Part shown: in pieces, positions 34,721 through 42,518 of the stretch
How the letters are laid out: every line of letters begins with the position of its first letter
How positions within the stretch are numbered: the stretch's first letter is position 1
Source of the DNA: Candidatus Rokuibacteriota bacterium
Lineage (GTDB): Bacteria; Methylomirabilota; Methylomirabilia; Rokubacteriales; CSP1-6
Direction of reading: 5' to 3'
Length of the DNA stretch: 64,000 bases
Assembly (NCBI GenBank): GCA_003220685.1
Contig: QHTE01000046.1
Coordinates: 51,184 to 115,183 of the forward strand
Position numbers and translations under genes: made by a program
The notes under the pieces: model-generated
Told to the model about the DNA's origin: nothing
What the model saw: the letters and a program-made list of their open reading frames with translations, nothing else
Databases searched by the model: none

Positions 34721-35548
34721 ATGCCGACGGTCAGACTGAGAGACGCCGAGGAGTACCCGGAGCCCGTCCAGAAGCTCTTCGAGGCCGCGAAGGCGTGGTT
34801 CAAGTACGACTTCGCCCAGCCGCCGGCGATGAGCCGGGTGATGGCGTGGGATCCGGAGCTCGGTGGCTTCCACGGGCGCGCGATGAAACGCGCGATGGGG
34901 CCGGGCGAGTGGAGCCGGGCCGAGAAGGAGATGGTCGCGGCGGTCGTGAGCGGCGTCAACGCCTGCGCCTACTGAGTAGGCGCCCACACTGCAGCCGGGA
35001 AGCTGCAGGGAATGGCCCACGACGCGCCCTGGTACGAGGCCGCGCTGCTGGTGGGCGTCACGAACGCGCTCAACGTCGTCGCCGACTCGCCGCTGGAGTC
35101 GCTCGAGCCGGCGCGCCCGAGCGCCGAGGCGCAGGCGGTGTTCGCCGAGATCCGCGCCTTCTACGAGCGCGCCGACGTGCCGGTGGCCTTCCGCCGCGTG
35201 GCGGCGGACCCGGGCTACCTGGCGGACCTGTGGGGCGCCGCACGGCGCGTGTTCGCCGACAACACACTCACGCGCCGTCACAAGGAGGCGCTGGCGTTCG
35301 CGGTCTCGGTCACGACGCGCTCGCAGTTCGGGACGGCGTTCCATCTCGGCGAGATGCGGCGACTCGGCGTCGGCGAGCGGGGAGTGATGGAGGTGCTCGG
35401 CGTCACGCAGATGTTCTCGAGCTACACCAAGATCGCCGACACGCTCCAGCTCGAGCCCGACATGGACGCCATCGCGGGCGTGGATCCATCACCCGCGCCC
35501 GGCGGTGCCGCGCCCGCGCCCAGGACGCGGCCGCCCGAGGCGCCGTAG
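34721..35548 (+). CDS. Selenocysteine-containing AhpD-like/carboxymuconolactone decarboxylase (CMD) family protein, two-domain; UGA at 34973-34975 read as Sec
   Basis: ATG 34721 with AAGGAG RBS. VSGVNACAY-U-VGAH matches the CMD/AhpD active-site motif NxCxYCxxxH with the TGA at the second Cys (CxxU). The downstream 178 codons are in the same frame and form a second, Cys-less CMD-like half. A CTGCAG palindromic hairpin lies 13 nt after the UGA. Confidence 0.7.
34989..35008 (+). promoter_or_regulatory. Candidate SECIS-like hairpin
   Basis: CTGCAG-ccgggaag-CTGCAG, starting 13 nt after the UGA. Confidence 0.4.
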
Positions 35549-35844
35549 CGCGCGCCGGCGGCTCAGCGGCAGTCCTCGCGAAGCGTCGCGCACGCGACGG
35601 TGAGAAACCGCTGGATGTCCGCGTCGGTGTGGGCGACGACAGTGGGCGGTCAGGGATCGCTACAATCCCGCGAGCGGCCACAGTTGTTGCAGACGATCTT
35701 GCACTGACGCTCTTCCATACGCTCGCCGCAGCGCTCGCAGATGTGCAGCCACTGCGTTCCGGCGGACAACGGTGCGACGTCGGCGCGAACGCGGGTCGGA
35801 GAGGGGCTCGGGCGCGGCTCCATGCCGCTGGTACACTACCCCGC

Positions 35845-36339
35845 ATGGCCGACGACTGGCAAGATCTGGAGTTTCTGCGCCACGTCTTCGACGAGACGCA
35901 GGTGGTCAGAAAGCCCCTCACCGGGATCATCACGGGCTATCACGTGCTGCCCTACATCCTGGTGGGACCGGAGCACGAGCACCCCGGCCGGTCGGTGGAG
36001 GTTCGCGGCCGCATCAAGGTGTCGCCCCGCCTCGTCATCGGCGCCGGCGGCGGACCGACCTACGGTGAGATGTTCAACGAGACCGAGCTGATGGACCAGC
36101 GCCTGATCGCGCGCGTGTTCAGCTTCCGCTACGCCTCGCGCGTCTCCCTCGAGAGCGAGGAGCTCCGGATCCGACGCCAGGAGCGCGACGCCCGCGGCCA
36201 TCTCGAGCGCGTCCTCGAAGAACTGGCGCAGCGCGAGGTCATCAACACCGGGGTCATCGCGACCCCGGACGCGCGCTTCTACCCTGTCTCGATCGACCGC
36301 TTCATCCGCGAGATCCTCGATCAAGAGTTCCGCGAGTAG
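35845..36339 (+). CDS. Hypothetical protein (164 aa)
   Basis: ATG 35845 gives MADDWQDLEFLRHVFDETQ. Codon usage is coherent but no family is recognised. The upstream part of the 562-aa track ORF is rejected. Confidence 0.45.
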   Translation: MADDWQDLEFLRHVFDETQVVRKPLTGIITGYHVLPYILVGPEHEHPGRSVEVRGRIKVSPRLVIGAGGGPTYGEMFNETELMDQRLIARVFSFRYASRVSLESEELRIRRQERDARGHLERVLEELAQREVINTGVIATPDARFYPVSIDRFIREILDQEFRE

Positions 36340-36363
36340 GGCGGCCGAGCGCGCGCCGATGAC

Positions 36364-37818
36364 GTGGTGAAGCGACCGCCGGTCGTCGGAGCGCTCGTCG
36401 TCCTCGGCCTGGCCACGCTCACCGGCGTGCTCGCGTGGCGCTCGCGGGGCTGGCCGCTGATCCACGACGTCCCGCTCATGCACTACATCGCCTGGCGCAT
36501 CGGCGCGGGCGCCGTGCCGTATCGAGACATCTTCGACATGAATTTCCCGGGCGTCTACGCGCTGCATCTGGCGGCCCTCGGCCTGTTCGGCGCCGGCGAC
36601 GCCGGCTGGCGCGCGTTCGATCTCGCGTGGCTCGCCGCGACGTCGCTCGCGGCCGCGGCGCTGGCCGCGCCGTGGGGACGCCTCGCGGCCGCCGGCGCCG
36701 GCCTGTTCTTCGCGGCGTACCACCTGGCCGGCGGTGCCTGGCACGCCGGGCAGCGCGACTTCTTGCTGTGTCCGTTCCTCTTGCTCGCGGCGCTCGGCGT
36801 CGCGCGGTGGGCCGAGCGTCCAGCCGAGCGGACGAGCCTCGCGTGGGGAGGGCTGGCTCTCGGCGCCGGCATCACGGTCAAGCCCCACGCCGGACTGCTC
36901 GCCGCGGCCCTGCTCGCGCTCGTCGCCCTCGTCGCCTATGCAGAGGGGAGGCCGCTCGCCGCGCCGGTCGCGGTCTTCGCGGCGGCGCTCGTCGTTCCGA
37001 CGCTCGCCGCCGTCGCCTGGCTCGCCGCCGCGGGCGCGCTCCCGGCGTGGTACGAGATCGTCGCCGGCTACCTGGTGCCGCTCTACTCGCGTCTCGGCGG
37101 GCCGGAGCGCTGGACGTTCTACCGGTGGCACGTGTGGATCCCGATCGCCGCCGGCGTGGCGCTGGCACTCGGGTCCGCCGTCGCGGGCCGCCGCTTCGCC
37201 GCGCGGCACGCGGTCGTCGCCGTCGGTCTGGGATACGGCGCCGCCCACTTCTTCGGCCAGGACAAGGGCTGGGAGTACCATCTTTATCCGCTCGCCGCGT
37301 TCGCGGCGGTCGCGCTCTTCGCCGAGCTGCCGCGGCTCCTCGAGGCGCGCCGCCTCGCGGCGCTGCCACTCTTGGCGTGCGTCGTCGCGGCGGGGACGAT
37401 GCTCGGGCTCAAGGGCGTCGAAGCGGCCGACGCCGCGTGGATCGCCGCGAGGGAGCGACGGGTGCAGGCACTCGTCGCCGACCTTGACGGCCGCATCGCG
37501 CCGGAGGATTTCGTTCAGGTGCTGGACACGACCGAGGCCGGGATCCACGCCTTGCTGCGCCTGCACGCCGTGCAGCCCACGCGGTTCATCTATGACTTTC
37601 ACTTCTATCACGACACCCAGACGCGCACGGTCCAGCGCCTGCGCGAAGAATTCCTCGCGGGCTTCGACGCGCATCCGCCGAAGTTCGTTGTGCTGTTCGA
37701 GCGGGGCTGGCCCGCCGGCGGCTACGAGCGCGTCGACCAGTTCCCGGGCCTCCGACTGCGGCTGTCCGCCTACCGGGTCGACCGCCGGCGGGACGGGTAC
37801 ATCGTCTATGCGCGCTGA
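36364..37818 (+). CDS. GT-C fold membrane glycosyltransferase (PMT_2/DUF2029-like, mannosyltransferase type)
   Basis: 484 aa with 10 or more TM helices and an N-terminal loop motif (HDVPLMHYIAWRIGAGAVPYRDIFDMNFPG) typical of GT-C enzymes. Confidence 0.6.
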   Translation: MVKRPPVVGALVVLGLATLTGVLAWRSRGWPLIHDVPLMHYIAWRIGAGAVPYRDIFDMNFPGVYALHLAALGLFGAGDAGWRAFDLAWLAATSLAAAALAAPWGRLAAAGAGLFFAAYHLAGGAWHAGQRDFLLCPFLLLAALGVARWAERPAERTSLAWGGLALGAGITVKPHAGLLAAALLALVALVAYAEGRPLAAPVAVFAAALVVPTLAAVAWLAAAGALPAWYEIVAGYLVPLYSRLGGPERWTFYRWHVWIPIAAGVALALGSAVAGRRFAARHAVVAVGLGYGAAHFFGQDKGWEYHLYPLAAFAAVALFAELPRLLEARRLAALPLLACVVAAGTMLGLKGVEAADAAWIAARERRVQALVADLDGRIAPEDFVQVLDTTEAGIHALLRLHAVQPTRFIYDFHFYHDTQTRTVQRLREEFLAGFDAHPPKFVVLFERGWPAGGYERVDQFPGLRLRLSAYRVDRRRDGYIVYAR

Positions 37819-38455
37819 CATCATCCGCCGCATCATCCGCGCCTACGACGATCCGATTGTGCGCGCCTACTGCTGGGTGCGGTTCTGGATCCTCCGGCAG
37901 CGTTTCCTCGACGAGATCGGCCAGTACCTCCCGGAGTCGGGACCCGTGCTCGACATCGGATGCGGCTTCGGCCTCTTCTCGCTCTACTACGCCGTGACGG
38001 CGCCCGCCCGATTCGTCCGGGGCGTCGACCTGAGCGTCCGGCGCATCGCGATGGCGCGTCGGGCGGCGTCACGGCTCGGCATCGAGAACGTGGCCTACGA
38101 AGAGGGCGACGCACGGACCTTCAAGGGCGACGGCGAGGTCGCGGCCGCGTACATGCTCGACATCGTGCACCACATCGCGCCGGACAACGTGGCCCCGCTC
38201 TTGCGTCGGCTTCACGCGTGCCTGTCCCCCCGCGGCGTCCTGATCGTCAAGGACGTCGACACGCGGCCGGCGCTCAAGCGCTGGTTCACCTGGACGCTGG
38301 ACAAGCTGATGGCGCCGACGACACCGGTGAGGTACTGGAGCGCAGACGAGCTGGGCGCGGCGCTACGGGCGGCGGGATTCGAGGTGCGGCGTCACGCGAT
38401 GCTTGATTTCCTGCCGTATCCGCACGTCATCTATATCGCGACCCGGCGACCGTGA
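37808..38455 (+). CDS. Class I SAM-dependent methyltransferase
   Basis: Motif I VLDIGCGFG. It overlaps the upstream GT-C gene by 11 nt. Confidence 0.75.
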   Translation: MRADIIRRIIRAYDDPIVRAYCWVRFWILRQRFLDEIGQYLPESGPVLDIGCGFGLFSLYYAVTAPARFVRGVDLSVRRIAMARRAASRLGIENVAYEEGDARTFKGDGEVAAAYMLDIVHHIAPDNVAPLLRRLHACLSPRGVLIVKDVDTRPALKRWFTWTLDKLMAPTTPVRYWSADELGAALRAAGFEVRRHAMLDFLPYPHVIYIATRRP

Positions 38456-38469
38456 CCCCCGAGCCGCCG

Positions 38470-39204
38470 TCACGACGGTCCCGGCGGCTCCTCGCGGGCC
38501 TCGTAGCGGAGCCGCCGCGCCTGGAGCCAGCGCACGCCGAACAGGTCGACCACGCCGCGCCACGCGCGGTTTCGCACGCCATAGTGCGAGACGCCGAACC
38601 GGCGCGGGCGGTGATTCACCGCCACCACGGTCACCCGATGGCCGGCCTGGCGCAGGAGCGCCGGGACGAACCGGTGGAAGCCGTCGAAGAACGGCAGGCT
38701 GTCGACGCACCGCCGGTGCATCGCCCTGAGCGAGCACGCGCTGTCGCGAACCTGGTCGCTGAGGACCGCACGGCGCACGCGGTTGGCGATGCGGGACGAG
38801 GCGCGCTTGAGCCACGGATCGCGTCGCGCCCGGCGCCAGCCCACCGCGGCGTCCCAGCGATCGAGCTCTCCGAGAAGCAGGGGAATGTCTCGCGGGTCGG
38901 ACTGCAGGTCGGAGTCGAGGGTGACGACCACGCGTCCGCGGACCGCCCGCAGGCCGGCCGCCAGCGCCGACGAGAGCCCACGGTTGGCGGCGAGCCGGAT
39001 CAGACGCACGCGCGAGTCCGTCAGCTGCAGGAGCTTCACGAACTCGACGCTCGCGTCGGTCGACCCGTCGTCGACCACGATCACCTCGGCCGGGTCCGCG
39101 ACGATCTTGAGGACCTCCTGCAGCTCTTCCCACAGGATGGGCAGGCTCTGAGCCTCGTTGAAGACGGGGAGGACGATCGAGAGCTCGACCAGTGTCGGGT
39201 TCAC
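38470..39204 (-). CDS. GT2 family glycosyltransferase, polyprenyl-phosphate sugar synthase type (DPM1/ArnC/GtrB-like)
   Basis: GTG 39204 (GTGA overlap with the upstream stop). Motifs LSIVLPVFNE and VVDDGSTD followed by the DxD region are typical of Dpm1-like GT2 enzymes. Confidence 0.75.
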   Translation of the reverse strand: MNPTLVELSIVLPVFNEAQSLPILWEELQEVLKIVADPAEVIVVDDGSTDASVEFVKLLQLTDSRVRLIRLAANRGLSSALAAGLRAVRGRVVVTLDSDLQSDPRDIPLLLGELDRWDAAVGWRRARRDPWLKRASSRIANRVRRAVLSDQVRDSACSLRAMHRRCVDSLPFFDGFHRFVPALLRQAGHRVTVVAVNHRPRRFGVSHYGVRNRAWRGVVDLFGVRWLQARRLRYEAREEPPGPS

Positions 39205-39458
39205 GCGCCGCCCCCGCCCAGGACGACCATCTCGTCGTCGGCGACGCGGCGAATCGCGACGATCCGCCACGACGGGTGCGCCCGAGGCTGAAGCCCGGTC
39301 CACGACTCCCTCGACATGATCACGGCCCCGCTGGCCGAGCCCGCCAGGAGCTGCTCGACGCGCGGGCGATCGAGCTCGACGACGGGCCGGCGAAGATAGA
39401 AATCGTAGGTCAGCCAGATGTCAGGGTACACCCGGACCGCGGCCCCGGACGGCGTCAA
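39201..39458 (-). CDS. Small ORF (85 aa) between the two glycosyltransferase genes, coupled by TTGA and GTGA overlaps; alternatively the C-terminal domain of the upstream GT-C protein after a -1 frame change
   Basis: Only the last 85 codons of the track ORF 39201..40070 look protein-like (…VRVYPDIWLTYDFYLRRPVVELDR…). A TTG at 39458 overlaps the upstream stop, mirroring the GTGA coupling at its own stop. Confidence 0.35.
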   Translation of the reverse strand: MTPSGAAVRVYPDIWLTYDFYLRRPVVELDRPRVEQLLAGSASGAVIMSRESWTGLQPRAHPSWRIVAIRRVADDEMVVLGGGGA

Positions 39459-40255
39459 ACCTTGCGCGGCCGCGCGCGGCGCAGGGCGCTGGCGCCTCCG
39501 TGCGCGGCGGCGCGCGTGAGGAACTCGCCCACGAGGAGCGCGAGGCCCGAGTAGATCGGAATCAGGTAGCGCGCGCGGTGGGCGCCGCTCAAGCCGACAA
39601 GCACCCAGATCGTGAGCGTCCAGGCGGCGATCAGGCAGCGCTCGACGTCGGGGCGCTTCCGCCACCACGTCGCGGCGGCGACGAGAAAGATCGTCCACGG
39701 CAGCACATACGCGAGGACCCAGAGGCTCTCGAGCCGGGCGCGCACGCCGCGACGGAACACCCAGCTGCCGTAGTGACCGCCGACGGTGTCGCCGACGAAC
39801 GCCGACCCGCGACCGACGAGATAGGTGCCGTACCAGGGCGCCAGCAGCACGGCGAGGACCACGAGGCCGAGGACGGGCCGCAGCCGCATCGTGTCGCGCC
39901 AGCCGTCGGAGTACGCAACCCCGGCGAATCCGGCGGCGAGCCCGACCAGGCCAATCGGCCCCTTGCTCAGGATCGCGCCGCCGACGCAGGCGTAAAATGC
40001 GACGAGCGGACGAGTCGCGTAACCCGCTCGGCGCGCTACGAGCAGGCCGTAGAGCGCCCACCACGTCCACGCCGTCACCATCACGTCCGACTGGCCGTGG
40101 TGGCCGATCGCGAAGAAGCCGATCGTGGACGCGAGCACCAACGCGGCCATCGCGCCTGCGCCGACGCCCCAGGTCCTAGCGCCGATCGCGAAGACGGCCG
40201 CGAGGGTCGCGATCGAGGACAGAACGGCCGGGAGCGCTGCCGTCCACTCCGTCAC
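39455..40255 (-). CDS. GT-C membrane glycosyltransferase, ArnT/PMT (GT39/GT83)-like N-terminal region
   Basis: 266 aa with multiple TM helices and the conserved loop LSKGPIGLV. It is short for the family, so it may be split or frameshifted with the following ORF. Confidence 0.5.
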   Translation of the reverse strand: MTEWTAALPAVLSSIATLAAVFAIGARTWGVGAGAMAALVLASTIGFFAIGHHGQSDVMVTAWTWWALYGLLVARRAGYATRPLVAFYACVGGAILSKGPIGLVGLAAGFAGVAYSDGWRDTMRLRPVLGLVVLAVLLAPWYGTYLVGRGSAFVGDTVGGHYGSWVFRRGVRARLESLWVLAYVLPWTIFLVAAATWWRKRPDVERCLIAAWTLTIWVLVGLSGAHRARYLIPIYSGLALLVGEFLTRAAAHGGASALRRARPRKV

Positions 40256-40345
40256 CTCGCGGCCCGGCAGCGACGCGACTGCGACGGACCAGAAGAAGAG
40301 CTGAGGCTTGTTGGTCTGCGAGGAGCGAGGGGCTAGTCTGAAACC

Positions 40346-40990
40346 ATGCTCGCCGTCCGCGCACTCGCGCTCGTCCTGATCTTCCTCGCTGGCTCGTCCT
40401 GGTCCGCCGGAGCTCAGAGCGGCAAGCTGGTGAGGGTCGCGTTAGACTTCCGGCAGTCGAGCACGCAGAACCGCGAGGCGGTCGATGGGAGCGGCCGTGT
40501 CATCGTCACCGATCGAGGCGCACGCTCCGCGGGTCGCGTCGGCGTGGACAGCACCGAGCGGCGCGTGCAGACGTCGACGGGCCTCTTCACGATCGTCCAG
40601 GACGGCGGTGAATCGACGCTCCTCGTCGCCAGCCAGATCCCGTACTCTCAGGTGACCTTCTATCGCGACTACCTGACGGGCGCGGGCTATGTCGCGACCG
40701 GCGTGCAGTTCAGGGACGTCGGGACCTCGCTGAAAGTGCGAGCCTCGATCCTGCCCGGCAAACAGGTCAAGGTGAGGCTGACGCCCACGATCAGCTGGCT
40801 CTCGGCGGACAGATCCGGCGTGGTCGAGGTCACCGAGGCTTCGACGGAGCTGATCGTGCCCAGCGGCCGGCCGGTCGTTCTCGGCGGCACTACCGCGCAG
40901 ACACACGAGCTCACGCGGCGGATCCTCGGCTATCGCGCCGCCGAGACCGCGACCGAGACGACGATGGCGCTGACCGCGACGATTCGCTAG
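40346..40990 (+). CDS. Short secretin-domain protein (type II/III secretion system secretin C-domain only) with signal peptide
   Basis: 214 aa. The region TGVQFRDVGTSLKVRASILPGKQVKVRLTPTISWL...ELIVPSGRPVVLGGTTAQ matches the PF00263 secretin core. N0/N1 domains are absent. Confidence 0.5.
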   Translation: MLAVRALALVLIFLAGSSWSAGAQSGKLVRVALDFRQSSTQNREAVDGSGRVIVTDRGARSAGRVGVDSTERRVQTSTGLFTIVQDGGESTLLVASQIPYSQVTFYRDYLTGAGYVATGVQFRDVGTSLKVRASILPGKQVKVRLTPTISWLSADRSGVVEVTEASTELIVPSGRPVVLGGTTAQTHELTRRILGYRAAETATETTMALTATIR

Positions 40991-41186
40991 CCCCCACTCG
41001 CGGTCCCGCCGCGCGCGGCCCGGCACCGCCCACCCGTCTTTGCCAAAGCTGTCACGGCTTCATGTGTAATCCTGGCACCTCGCACGCGGTCCTGTCCTCT
41101 AACTTCCGTCCGCATTAGCGTTCCGCGTTCTGGCACGGGACGTGCCAGTGGCACATGTGAACGCAGGCTGCGTCAAGGGAGGCTCT

Positions 41187-42458
41187 ATGCGCGTTCTACT
41201 GGTGCTGGCCATGATTCCACTTCTCGCCGCGTGCTCCGTCTCCACCTCGTCGGAGCCCGTGGCGACCCTCGGCGATCCTCCGTCCGGCACCGAGACAGCC
41301 GCCGGCACAACAGACACCGCCGGCGAACCCACCAGCGGGACGACCACGGCCACGACGGAGGCGACGACGACACCGGCCGGGACGACCGCGCCCGGGGCCG
41401 GCGAACCCGCCCCGAAGACGCCAGCCGCCAGCGCGTCTCCCGTCGTCCAGCTCCCCGAGCCCGCGGCCGCCCAGACCCCCGCTGCCGCCGCCAAGACCGC
41501 CGAGCCCGCGGTTGCCGAGACCCCCGAGCCTCCCCCCGCCCAGACCCCCGAGCCCGCCGCCGCCGCGCCGCTCACGACCCCGGGAACCAACATCGCGGGC
41601 AAGTGGACCGGCATGTGGGTCGGCTCCGGGCTCTTCAAGTCGCCGCGCCAGGAAAACCTCACGCTGGAGATGGCCCAGAGGGGCGACGCCGGCTACGGTC
41701 GGATGGTCCTCGACGGGGCCACGGCCGCCGAGTCGGTCCCCTGGGAAGTCCGCCAGCAGGGCCTGGGTGGAATTCGCGTGTTCGCGACAATCAACGGCTC
41801 GAAGGTGCGGCTCACGCACGAGGCGGACGATCGCATCTTCACGGCAGACTTGACCGTCATGGGCGATCAGATGGTGGGTGAGGTCAAGGGCCGCAAGGTT
41901 CGCCTGCTGCTGGCTCGTCAAGGGAGCGCCTCGAACGCTCCGGCTCGCGAGGTTCCGCCCCAGGCCGCACGACTGGCGCCGCCGCCCGTCGTTGCGAGCG
42001 AGCCCGTCGCGCCGCCGCAGACGCCCATCGCCATGGCGCCTCAGCCGCAAGCGCAGGAGCCCGAGAAGCCCAAGGCGGAGGCAGTGGTGCAGCGGCCGCG
42101 GAAAGACGACTACGTGGCGGCCCCCGAGCTGAAGTCGCTCTACTTCGACTTCGACAAGTCGGTCCTGAGGCCTGACGCCGTCGACGGGCTCACGAACAAC
42201 GTGACGTGGCTCAAGGAGAACGCCGACACGTTCGTGCTGATCGAGGGCAACGCCGACGAGCGCGGGACGTCCGAATACAACCTGGCACTCGGCGATCGCC
42301 GAGCCAAGTCGGCGATGGACTACCTCGAGGCCAACGGCATCGCCAAGGAGCGCATGTCGACCGTGTCCTACGGCAAGGAGCGGCCGATCTGCACCGACGC
42401 CACCGAGGCGTGCCGCGCTCAGAACCGTCGAGCCGATTTCCGCGTCAAGACTCGTTAA
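41187..42458 (+). CDS. OmpA-family lipoprotein with long Pro/Thr/Ala-rich linker (Pal-like peptidoglycan-binding C-terminus)
   Basis: GGAGG RBS, lipobox LLAAC and a C-terminal OmpA_C domain (LYFDFDKSVL...IEGNADERGTSEYNLALGDRRA). Confidence 0.8.
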   Translation: MRVLLVLAMIPLLAACSVSTSSEPVATLGDPPSGTETAAGTTDTAGEPTSGTTTATTEATTTPAGTTAPGAGEPAPKTPAASASPVVQLPEPAAAQTPAAAAKTAEPAVAETPEPPPAQTPEPAAAAPLTTPGTNIAGKWTGMWVGSGLFKSPRQENLTLEMAQRGDAGYGRMVLDGATAAESVPWEVRQQGLGGIRVFATINGSKVRLTHEADDRIFTADLTVMGDQMVGEVKGRKVRLLLARQGSASNAPAREVPPQAARLAPPPVVASEPVAPPQTPIAMAPQPQAQEPEKPKAEAVVQRPRKDDYVAAPELKSLYFDFDKSVLRPDAVDGLTNNVTWLKENADTFVLIEGNADERGTSEYNLALGDRRAKSAMDYLEANGIAKERMSTVSYGKERPICTDATEACRAQNRRADFRVKTR

Positions 42459-42518
42459 ACGCGTGATCGACGAGGGAGCCGGCGCGGGGTCGACGGCGCG
42501 CCGGCTCCGGTTGACTCG

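Noticed and set aside
10365-35548. Interpreting the three in-frame TGAs as pseudogenising nonsense mutations or sequencing errors
   Set aside because: It would require three independent hits exactly at catalytic Cys codons of three redox families known to use Sec. Each has an intact same-frame downstream half and a hairpin 11-14 nt downstream. It is kept as a formal alternative in would_refute.
34526-37836. ORFs 34526..35344 (-), 34651..36339 (+, 562 aa as one protein), 35836..37836 (-, 666 aa) and 36435..37487 (+)
   Set aside because: These are open alternative frames over the AhpD-like gene and the GT-C glycosyltransferase. The compositions are extremely Arg/Gly-rich. Only the 35845..36339 tail of the 562-aa frame is retained as a hypothetical gene.
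39201-40070. 289-aa ORF 39201..40070 as one protein
   Set aside because: Its first about 200 codons are the Arg-rich shadow of the 39455..40255 membrane protein frame. Only the last 85 codons look genuine.
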